Shown here piece by piece: positions 35,221-47,100 of a stretch of DNA of 60,603 nt. The notes below the pieces were generated by a model that did not search any database, had not been told where the DNA came from, and saw only the letters and a list, made by a program, of their open reading frames with translations. A program made the translations under genes and the position numbers. This DNA comes from Heterodontus francisci (Eukaryota): positions 1 to 60,603 of the forward strand of contig NW_027142314.1 in assembly GCF_036365525.1 (NCBI RefSeq), in the 5' to 3' direction. How positions within the stretch are numbered: position 1 is the first letter of the stretch; each line of letters opens with the position of its first letter.

Positions 35221-35452
35221 GTAGTGTTTAGCCAGCTGACGCACATTTTGCAAGTGCCTTGGGGTTCATTTGCCGTAATGGGAATTGACATCAGCCGTCA
35301 ACATATTTGAGTAGAAGGCAGCAGAAAGTTTACAAAGGACTGGTGGGTGGGGTGGTGAGAAAGTACAGGCCCGCTAAGTGGGCAAGCTAGCAGCAGATAC
35401 AGTTGGAGACTAGGTCGGCCACTTGAGCAGGGGCGAAGGATGGATCAGTATC

Positions 35453-37103
35453 AGAACAAAGAACAGTACAGCACAAGAACAGGCCATTCGGCCCTCCAAG
35501 CCTGCGCCGATCTTGATGCCTGCCAAAACTAAAACCTTCTGCACTTCCGGGGCCCATATCCCTCTATTCCCTTCCGATTCATATATTTGTCAAGATGTCT
35601 CTTAAACGTCGCTATCGTATCTGCTTCCACCACCTCCCCCGGCAGCAAGTTCCAGGCACTCACCACCCTCTGTGTAAAGAACTTGCCTCGCACATCCCCT
35701 CTAAACTTTGCCCCTCGCACCTTAAACCTATGTCCCCTAGTAACTGACTCTTCCACCCTGGGAAAAAGCTTCTGACTATCCACTCTGTCCAAGCCGCTCA
35801 TAACTTTGTAAACCTCTATCATGTCGCCCCTCCACCTCCGTCGTTCCAGTGAAAACAATCCGAGTTTACCCAACCTCTCCTCATAGCTAATGCCCTCCAG
35901 ACCAGGCAACATCCTGGTAAACCTCCTCTGTACCCTCTCCAAAGCCTCCACGTCCTTCTGGTAGTGTGGCGACCAGAATTGCATGCAATATTCTAAGTGT
36001 GGCCTAACTAAGGTTCTGTACAGCTGCAGCATGACTTGCCAATTTTCATACTCTATGCCCCGACCGATGAAGGCAAGCATGCCGTATGCCTTCTTGACTA
36101 CCTTATCCACCTGTGTTGCCACTTTCAGTGACCTGTAGACCTGTACGCCCAGATCTCTCTGCCTGTCAATACTCCTAAGGGTTCTGCCATTTACTGTATA
36201 CCTCCCACCTGAATTAGACCTTCCAAAATGCATTACCTCACATTTGTCCGGATTAAACTCCATCTGCCATTTCTCTGCCCAAGTCTCCAACCGATCTGTA
36301 TCCTGCTGTATCCTCTGACAATCCTCATCATTATCCGCAACTCCACCAACCTTTGTGTCGTCCGCAAACTTACTAATCAGACCAGCTACATTTTCCTCCA
36401 AATCATTTATATATACTACAAACAGCAAAGGTCCCAGCACTGATCCCTGCGGAACACCACTAGTCACATCCCTCCATTCAGAAAAACACCCATCCACTGA
36501 TACCCTCTGTCTTCTGTGACCGAGCCAGTTCTGTATCCATCTTGCCAGCTCACCTCTGATCCTGTGTGACTTCACCTTTTGTACCAGTCTGCCATGAGGG
36601 ACCTTGTCAAAGGCTTTACTAAAGTCCATATAGATAACATCCACTGCCCTTCCCTCATCAATCATCTTCGTCACTTCCTCAAAAAACTCAATCAAGTTAG
36701 TGAGACACGACCTCCCCTTCACAAAACCATGCTGTCTCTCACTAATAAGTTCGTTTGTTTCCAAATGGGAGTAAATCCTGTCCCGAAGAATCCTCTCTAA
36801 TAGTTTCCCTACCACTGACGTAAGGCTCACCGGCCTATAATTTCCTGGATTATCCTTGCTACCCTTCTTAAACAAAGGAACAACATTGGCTATTCTCCAG
36901 TCCTCTGGGACCTCACCTGTAGCCAATGAGGATGCAAAGATTTCTGTCAGGGCCCCAGCAATTTCTTCCCTTGCCTCCCTCAGTATTCTGGGGTAGATCC
37001 CATCAGGCCCTGGGGACTTATCTACCTTAATGCTTTGCAAGACACCCAACACCTCCTCCTTTTTGATAATGAGATGACTGAGACTATCTACACTCCCTTC
37101 CCT
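35453..37103 (-). mobile_element. Young 5'-truncated CR1-clade LINE (HER1-like) with an uninterrupted 507-aa RT frame (35529-37052)
   Basis: [47 protein letters not shown] and FADD motifs; 3' tail ...GGGCCGAATGGCCTGTTCTTGTGCTGTACTGTTCTTTGTTCT. Confidence 0.95.
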
Positions 37104-37899
37104 ATACTTGCTGAGTGGCGTTCAGTTCTGTCACCCTGCGCCTCAGGAAGGATATACCAGTCTTGGGCAGGGCTTGCGTAGACAATTTCAGGGTTCAGTA
37201 GGGTAGAGAGAGTGAGAATAACTAAGGGCTACTGAAGCCAAGGCAGGTAAATAGAGTTAAAATAGGGAGCTGCTGTAAATTTAACCTCGTGCCCTCCTCT
37301 GCCTAATGGAGCTGTTCATACACACGCCCACTGCTGAAACACTCGCCCTTGCCTCTGTCACCTCCAGACTCACCACTTCCAACACTCCCCCCTAACTGCA
37401 TCCCCTCTTCCACCCTCAGTAAACTGCAGTTCACCCAAAACTCTACTGCCCCACGTCTGAACTCGCACATGGTCCTGTTCGTCCGTCGTCCTGGGGGCTC
37501 GCTGACTTACATCGGCTCCCACTCTGCCTCCATCGTAGAATTCTCACCCTTGTGTACAGACACTTCCGTCGCCTCTCCCTTTCTGTGATCTCCTCTTGTC
37601 CCGACAACCCTCGCGCGTGAGCGAGAGCTCTGACCTCAAGCATCACAAATTTAAGAAAACAATATCTTCATCGGCAGACGTGCCGACCCTCCCTCGCTGA
37701 CGTGCTTCTTTGAGCCTTGCACTTCCACCATGCTTTTGGGGACCTGTCCTGGTATCTGCATATATATCGAAGGCAATTAGGGAGGGGCAATAAGTACTGG
37801 TCTGGCCATCAATGCCCACAGACCAAGACCAAATTTAAAAAGTTAGTTCGATAATAAAAAAACTGCATGCTCCAGAGAATGACTTTAGCTTAGAGAACC

Positions 37900-37905
37900 T
37901 TTATT
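37900..37905 (-). terminator. Candidate ESPL1 polyadenylation signal AATAAA
   Basis: TTTATT on + strand ~220 nt past the ESPL1 stop, in an AT-rich context. Confidence 0.6.
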
Positions 37906-38122
37906 TACAGTTAACAAATATCAAACATGACAAAATATTTAAAACCACAGGTTTGAAAACATTGGTTTCCAGCACCCAGAGATGCAGCTTGACATGACCC
38001 TGAGATACAGTTCATGTCCCATCCTCTTGATGGGCACAGCTGACGCAGCCACTCCTTCCCTCACTCACTTGGTATCAGAGATCCTGGATTTTACTGTCCC
38101 CGGCACCCCCTCCCCAGTCCAG

Positions 38123-41100
38123 TCACCGCAATGTGACGCTCAGGCCGTATGCCACAGGGGAGGCGCCGATCAGGTACTTCAGCTTGGGGGCCTGCCGAGC
38201 GAGGGAGATGTAATCCAGGATGGAGGCCTGCGGTCCGGCCTCCAGCCAGCTCCGCAACAGATACTCCATGTAACGGTCGATGTCCTTGTCGGTCACGTCC
38301 CACAGGTTACCCACGAACAGGGGGCTGAAGGAGAGAGAAAACAAAAAGTAGTTGGGGGAGTGCAGCAGTTTCAAGAGTCTGGGGAGGGTCTGGACACAGG
38401 GCTCAACGCACCCACCCAACCAGGACAAGGAGATGGAGACAGGGAACCCAAGAGCCCTAACCCCCTCCCTCTGGCTTAGCCCCGCTCGGGCCCCACGATT
38501 AAACACTTACTGGCTGCGATTGCGATTTAACCCAGTCACAGATTGCTCAATCTTACAGTGACAGGAGCAGTCCATTCGGCCCATCATGTCTGTGCCAGCT
38601 GCTTGAAATATCTATCCAATTAGTCCCCACTCCACTCCCACATTCCTGCAAATTTCCCCCCTTCCAGTATTTATCCAATTTCCCCCTTTTGAAAGTTATT
38701 GAATCTGCTTCCACCACCTTTTCAGGCAGCGCGTTCCAGATTACAACTCGCTGCGTTAATAAAAATTCTCCTCTCCCCACCCTCCACCCGATAGTTGTGA
38801 AACTAGTCCCTCTGTCACTCACCAGCCAGCCATCATGTACTTGAGGACGATTCCCGCTCCCTCCAGGTTCCCGCGCAGAGCGAGGGTGGCACTGCTGCAC
38901 CCGACCAGCAGCGAGGCCGCTCGGCAGCTCAGCTTCTGAATCTCCTGCCCCTCCAGGAAACGCACACCGGCGCCGTGACCCGCGTACCTGTGACAGAGGA
39001 GCCGAGGCAAAGGGTTAGAGGACAGGGGAAGAGACAGTCCTGTACACATACCACCACCAACCCCCCCCACCCCCCACCACTACACACACTAGTTAGGGAG
39101 AGACCCTTCACCCCCACACCCAAAGCTAAGAGCGCCCCCTACATCCCCACCACCCCCCAATAGACACAGGTTGAAGAACCTCTACACGCCCTGACCCCTG
39201 TACACAGTTTACAGCCCCTTCACCACCCCCCCCAACCCAAACAGATGTCACACTGGTGATATTTTTAACCAGTAAACCCCCGCCCCCTGCTAACTCCGTT
39301 GTGTGTAAAACGGGAGGCGTTAGAGAGTCACTTACAAGTACAGGTCCCGGTTACACAGCATCGATCTCAGCTGCTCTTCACTGGGTCCGCAGCCGACCAC
39401 TCCATCCCATCCGTCCTTCCTGCAGGTGGAAGAGAGTGTGTCAGATGGGGGTGAAAAAAAAAAATCACTGGCTCCAGGTGCCCAGGATGTTAAAAAGAGA
39501 CAAGACAAAGCCGCACCCAGTCAGCATCCAGGGGATGGACGGACCAGTCCGGACCGACATTAATTCCCTCACCCCAGTATCCGAGCACAGACTGGGCAGT
39601 CTAACCCTTGTCCAGCAGAGGAAGGAGGTCAGGAGCTGCTTTACCCCCACCCACACCAAGTCTGGGTCACCGATAAGGCCTTTATCCCTCTACGACTTCA
39701 CGGTGCGATACAAACCTCCGAAACCAGTCCTTGAAGGTTTTCTCCGTGTTGGGGAGGTTCCCCTGAGGGTTTAAGACGTAGAACACGCTGTTGGGATTCA
39801 CCCCCTCAGTCAGTACTGAGCTCAGCTGGTGCTGCAAGAGAGGGAAAAAAAAAGAGCAATAGCCTGCGGTTACATAGTGACAACAGACAGTGACGGCAAA
39901 GTGGTATTAGACTTGCTGCATGACTAATGAGACACGGAGACAGGGTCACAGTCAGAGCGATGACTGCTGGGCAAGACAGGTGTAAAACACAGTGCATGGA
40001 GGGAGTGTGAGCTCAAAGTCCCTCATTCTCTCTCCACTCCCCCAAACCCCACCCCCATCACTCACCTTTCTGTTCGCCAGGTAGCTGAGGAGGAATTGGA
40101 ACGATGGTAACCGGGAGATGCGATGTGATCGCAGCATAGGCATGCTCTCCCAGGGGAGTCTCTGCAGGTGCTGCAAACACAAACAAAAGCAAGGTTAATC
40201 CAGGAGACGGGAAGTGACCCTGCAGCGCGGGACGGAGCAGAGACTGCCCTAGTCCAGGATCCAAGCCTCCCTCCAAATGCTCTTTCTTTCTTTTCTCCTC
40301 CCCTCCCCCACACCCCCAATTGCCCCACCATAATGATACTTCCTTCTGCTCCTTCCTCCCCGCCCCCCGAAGTGTTCATCAAGCTTCTTCTGATCTGTAC
40401 AGAATGCTGGTTGCTGCACCTGCAGGGGGTACAACACGCCCTATTCCCCCCTCCCCTCCAGTCAGTCCCTCAGAGGTACCCAGTCTTCCTGTGGCAGCAG
40501 GGTATCAGAACCCGCGGAGCCCACCCCTCACAATGAGCAGAAACCCCAGGCCGATGGAGGGAAACCCTCCCCCCACACCCCACCCCTGCACTGGTCACTC
40601 ACTCTTACCTTGTCCAGTATCAGAATGAGCTGGGAGGACTGACCGGAGGACTGGTCAGTCAGAGTCTTCAGCCGGTGCACAGCTCCTTCCAACTGAGACC
40701 TTGCCTCGCTGGGACTGTCCCAACACAGGCAGTCAGCAAGAGACCGGACATCCTGCCGAGTGAGGAGATGGGAGGCACGCAGAGCACCCTGAGAACAAAC
40801 ACACACACAAAGGATTAGGGTGAGTGACAAACCTCAGAGGGACACACGCACACGCAGAGTCCAGCCCACCCAGAGGGAGCACATCCCGAGCCCCCTGTAT
40901 GTCAAAGCAAGCTGAATTTGGAGCCTGGATCCACACCTCTATCAGTTCCTTCTCCACATTCTTGCAGTCGCCGTCCACCAGGAATCTACTGAGAGCCGCA
41001 GCCTCCAACTCGAGCCGGGGGTCCAGCGAGCCGGGCAGGAGAAGGCCTCTCCAGCAGCCCAGGATCTCAGTCTCCAGCGATTCCACAACTTGCTGCGGAG

Positions 41101-44100
41101 CAAGGAAACAGACACAATCACTGTAGGTCACCCAATGATACCCTATTCCAGACACTCCCCTAACCACCAAACCTCTTTTCTCCCCCACCACTGCAAAGTA
41201 CCCCATTCAGTCACAGACAGACATTCACCCTCTGGGGTCAGCCAATACCCATCCCTCTTCACCACCACCTCCCTCACCCCTGTACCTTTACACATTGGTC
41301 CAGTGCACCCATCGATACCTGGACTCAGCCGCCCCGCCTTCACCCCTGTACCTTCATACGTTGGTCCAGTGCCATGCGTCCATCCCACCAGGCTTTCAGC
41401 TCAGTCACGTTGCTGATTTCTTTCTGCTGTTTGAGAATTGCGTCAAACTCCCCCAAGAGCGAGCTCACCGAGACCTGGAACGGAGAGTGGGAAATGTTGC
41501 TGGGTCCACGTGACAAATTAGAAAAGACGGACTGGGAATTACCCAGCACTTTCACCCGCCTCGGGACATCCCAGAAACGCCTCACAAACAACAAAGTGCG
41601 GTCCCTGCTGGAACGTTGGAAACTGGGCAGCCAATTTGCGCACAGCAAGCTCCCACACAAACAGCAATGTGATAAACGACCAGATCCTCTGTTTTAGGGA
41701 TGTTGGTGGAGGGATAAATATTACCAGGACATTGGGAAGAATTCTCAACTTCAACCCCCCCACCCCAAACACCCCCTCAACCCCCTCTTCCAAATAGCGG
41801 CTGTGGGATAATTTCCATCCACAAGAGGGAGCAGACAGAGCCTCTGTTTAATGCCACCTCTGAAAAAGACGACTGCTCCGACAGCGTGGCACTCCCTCTG
41901 ACAGCACTCATCCCTAAAGCCGGTCAGGATATTGGGGCTGGAGCCCACAATCTCGGATCAGAGACACAGTGCTGAGCAGGTCAGCTCCCTGGATGACGGG
42001 TTAATAAACTAGCCGCTCGTGTGGCACAGTCTGCATGGCTCACCCCTTCGCCAGCTTCAGTCCACTCACCCGACCCTGCTCCGCAAGTATCTGCACCGTC
42101 ACCGGAACTCTCCCCTTCTCCAACCTTGACAGCAGCAACAGCTCCCCAGTATCTCTCAGGGGGACAGCAGACAGAGTCAACAGGCAAATCACCACACCTA
42201 CACACAGAGGAGAGGATAGTTAATGAACAGTGTAAAACCACCAGGGACGGACAAGGGGACAGGACAGGACAGTTAATGAACAGTATAAAACCACCAGGGA
42301 CGGACGAAGGGACAGGACAGGACAGTTAATGAACAGTATAAAACAACTAGGGACGGACAGTTAATGAACAGTATAAAACCACTAGGGACGGACAAGGGAC
42401 AGGACAGGAAACGAACAGTATAAAACCACTAGGGACGGACGAGGGGACAGGACAGGACAGTTAACGAACAGTATAAAACCACCAGGGACGGACGAGGGGA
42501 CAGAACAGGACAGTTAATGAACAGTATAAAACCACCAGGGACAGACAAGGGGACAGAACAGGACAGTTAACGAACAGTATAAAACCACCAGGGACGGACG
42601 AAGGGACAGGACAGTTAATGAACAGTATAAAACCACCAGGGACAGACAAGGGAACAGGACAGTTAACGAACAGTATAAAACCACTAGGGACGGACGAGGG
42701 GACAGGACAGGACAGTTAACGAACAGTATAAAACCACCAGGGACGGACAAGGGGACAGAACAGGACAGTTAATGAACAGTATAAAACCACCAGGGACGGA
42801 CAAGGGGACAGAACAGGACAGTTAACGAACAGTATAAAACCACCAGGGACGGACGAAGGGACAGGACAGTTAACGAACAGTATAAAACCACCAGGGACGG
42901 ACGAAGGGACAGGACAGTTAATGAACAGTATAAAACCACCAGGGACAGACAAGGGAACAGGACAGTTAACGAACAGTATAAAACCACTAGGGACGGACGA
43001 GGGGACAGGACAGGACAGTTAACGAACAGTATAAAACCACCAGGGACGGACGAGGGGACAGGACAGTTAATGAACAGTATAAAACCACCAGGGACGGACA
43101 AGGGGACAGAACAGGACAGTTAATGAACAGTATAAAACCACCAGGGACGGACAAGGGGACAGGACAGTTAATGAACAGTATAAAACCACTAGGGACAGAC
43201 AAGGGGACAGGACAGTTAACGAACAGTATAAAACCACCAGGGACGGACAAGGGGACAGAACAGGACAGTTAATGAACAGTATAAAACCACCAGGGACAGA
43301 CAAGGGGACAGGACAGTTAACGAACAGTATAAAACCACCAGGGACGGACAAGGGGACAGAACAGGACAGTTAATGAACAGTATAAAACCACCAGGGACGG
43401 ACAAGGGGACAGGACAGTTAATGAACAGTATAAAACCACTAGGGACGGACAAGGGACAGGACAGTTAACGAACAGTATAAAGCCACCAGGGACGGACGAG
43501 GGGACAGGACAGTTAACGAACAGTATAAAACCACCAGGGATGGACGAGGGGACAGAACAGGACAGTTAACGAACAGTATAAAACCACCAGGGACGGACAA
43601 GGGGACAGAACAGGACAGTTAATGAACAGTATAAAACCACCAGGGACGGACAAGGGGACAGGACAGTTAATGAACAGTATAAAACCACTAGGGACGGACA
43701 AGGGACAGGACAGGAAACGAACAGTATAAAACCACCAGGGACGGACGAAGGGACAGGACAGTTAATGAACAGTATAAAACCACCAGGGACAGACAAGGGA
43801 ACAGGACAGTTAACGAACAGTATAAAACCACTAGGGACGGACGAGGGGACAGGACAGTTAACGAACAGTATAAAACCACCAGGGACGGACAAGGGGACAG
43901 AACAGGACAGTTAATGAACAGTATAAAACCACCAGGGACGGACAAGGGGACAGGACAGTTAATGAACAGTATAAAACCACTAGGGACGGACAAGGGACAG
44001 GACAGTTAACGAACAGTATAAAACCACCAGGGACGGACGAGGGGACAGGACAGGACAGTTAACGAACAGTATAAAACCACCAGGGACGGACAAGGGGACA

Positions 44101-47100
44101 GAACAGGACAGTTAACGAACAGTATAAAACCACCAGGGACGGACAAGGGGACAGGACAGTTAATGAACAGTATAAAACCACCAGGGACGGACAAGGGGAC
44201 AGGACAGGACAGTTAATGAACAGTATAAAACCACCAGGGACAGACAAGGGGACAGGACAGTTAATGAACAGTATAAAACCACCAGGGACGGACAAGGGGA
44301 CAGAACAGGACAGTTAATGAACAGTATAAAACCACCAGGGACAGACAAGGGGACAGGACAGTTAACGAACAGTATAAAACCACCAGGGACGGACGAGGGG
44401 ACAGGACAGGACAGTTAACGAACAGTATAAAACCACCAGGGATGGACGAGGGGACAGAACAGGACAGTTAATGAACAGTATAAAACCACCAGGGACGGAC
44501 AAGGGGACAGGACAGTTAATGAACAGTATAAAACCACCAGGGATGGACGAGGGGACAGAACAGGACAGTTAATGAACAGTATAAAACCACCAGGGACGGA
44601 CGAAGGGACAGGACAGTTAACGAACAGTATAAAACCACCAGGGACAGACGAGGGGACAGAACAGGACAGTTAACGAACAGTATAAAACCACCAGGGACGG
44701 ACGAGGGGACAGAACAGGACAGTTAACGAACAGTATAAAACCACCAGGGACGGACAAGGGACAGGACAGTTAATGAACAGTATAAAACCACCAGGGACGG
44801 ACAAGGGGACAGAACAGGACAGTTAATGAACAGTATAAAACCACCAGGGACAGACAAGGGGACAGAACAGGACAGTTAACGAACAGTATAAAACCACCAG
44901 GGACGGACAAGGGGACAGGACAGTTAATGAACAGTATAAAACCACCAGGGACGGACGAGGGGACAGAACAGGACAGTTAATGAACAGTATAAAACCACCA
45001 GGGACGGACGAAGGGACAGGACAGTTAACGAACAGTATAAAACCACCAGGGACAGACGAGGGGACAGAACAGGACAGTTAACGAACAGTATAAAACCACC
45101 AGGGACGGACAAGGGGACAGGACAGTTAATGAACAGTATAAAACCACCAGGGACGGACAAGGGGACAGAACAGGACAGTTAACGAACAGTATAAAACCAC
45201 CAGGGACGGACAAGGGGACAGGACAGTTAATGAACAGTATAAAACCACCAGGGACGGACAAGGGGACAGAACAGGACAGTTAACGAACAGTATAAAACCA
45301 CCAGGGACGGACAAGGGGACAGGACAGGACAGTTAATGAACAGTATAAAACCACCAGGGACGGACAAGGGGACAGAACAGGACAGTTAACGAACAGTATA
45401 AAACCACCAGGGACGGACGAGGGGACAGGACAGTTAACGAACAGTATAAAACCACCAGGGACGGACAAGGGGACAGGACAGGACAGTTAACGAACAGTAT
45501 AAAACCACCAGGGACGGACAAGGGGACAGGACAGGACAGTTAACGAACAGTATAAAACCACCAGGGACGGACAAGGGGACAGAACAGGACAGTTAATGAA
45601 CAGTATAAAACCACCAGGGACGGACAAGGGGACAGGACAGTTAATGAACAGTATAAAACCACCAGGGACAGACAAGGGACAGGACAGGAAACGAACAGTA
45701 TAAAACCACCAGGGACAGACAAGGGACAGGACAGTTAACGAACAGTATAAAACCACCAGGGATGGACGAGGGGACAGAACAGGACAGTTAATGAACAGTA
45801 TAAAACCACCAGGGACGGACAAGGGGACAGGACAGGACAGTTAACGAACAGTATAAAACCACCAGGGATGGACGAGGGGACAGAACAGGACAGTTAATGA
45901 ACAGTATAAAACCACCAGGGACGGACAAGGGGACAGGACAGGACAGTTAATGAACAGTATAAAACCACCAGGGACGGACAAGGGGACAGAACAGGACAGT
46001 TAACGAACAGTATAAAACCACCAGGGACGGACAAGGGGACAGAACAGGACAGTTAACGAACAGTATAAAACCACCAGGGACGGACAAGGGGACAGGACAG
46101 GACAGTTAATGAACAGTATAAAACCACCAGGGACGGACAAGGGGACAGAACAGGACAGTTAACGAACAGTATAAAACCACCAGGGACGGACAAGGGGACA
46201 GAACAGGACAGTTAACGAACAGTATAAAACCACCAGGGACGGACAAGGGGACAGAACAGGACAGTTAATGAACAGTATAAAACCACCAGGGACGGACAAG
46301 GGGACAGGACAGTTAATGAACAGTATAAAACCACCAGGGATGGACGAGGGGACAGAACAGGACAGTTAACGAACAGTATAAAACCACCAGGGACGGACGA
46401 AGGGACAGGACAGGACAGTTAACGAACAGTATAAAACCACCAGGGACGGACAAGGGGACAGGACAGTTAACGAACAGTATAAAACCACCAGGGACGGACA
46501 AGGGGACAGAACAGGACAGTTAACGAACAGTATAAAACCACCAGGGACGGACAAGGGGACAGGACAGGACAGTTAACGAACAGTATAAAACCACCAGGGA
46601 CGGACAAGGGGACAGGACAGTTAATGAACAGTATAAAACCACCAGGGACGGACAAGGGGACAGAACAGGACAGTTAACGAACAGTATAAAACCACCAGGG
46701 ACGGACAAGGGGACAGGACAGGAAACGAACAGTATAAAACCGCCAGGGACGGACAAGGGGACAGGACAGTTAACGAACAGTATAAAACCACCAGGGACGG
46801 ACGAGGGGACAGAACAGGACAGTTAACGAACAGTATAAAACCACCAGGGACGGACAAGGGGACAGGACAGGACAGTTAACGAACAGTATAAAACCACCAG
46901 GGACGGACGAGGGGACAGAACAGGACAGTTAACGAACAGTATAAAACCACCAGGGACGGACAAGGGGACAGGACAGGACAGTTAACGAACAGTATAAAAC
47001 CACCAGGGACGGACAAGGGGACAGGACAGTTAACGAACAGTATAAAACCACCAGGGACGGACAAGGGGACAGGACAGTTAACGAACAGTATAAAACCACC

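Noticed and set aside
32207-35310. Three overlapping ~1000-aa ORFs
   Set aside because: Stop-free GC-rich tandem repeat open in all frames on both strands; not a gene.
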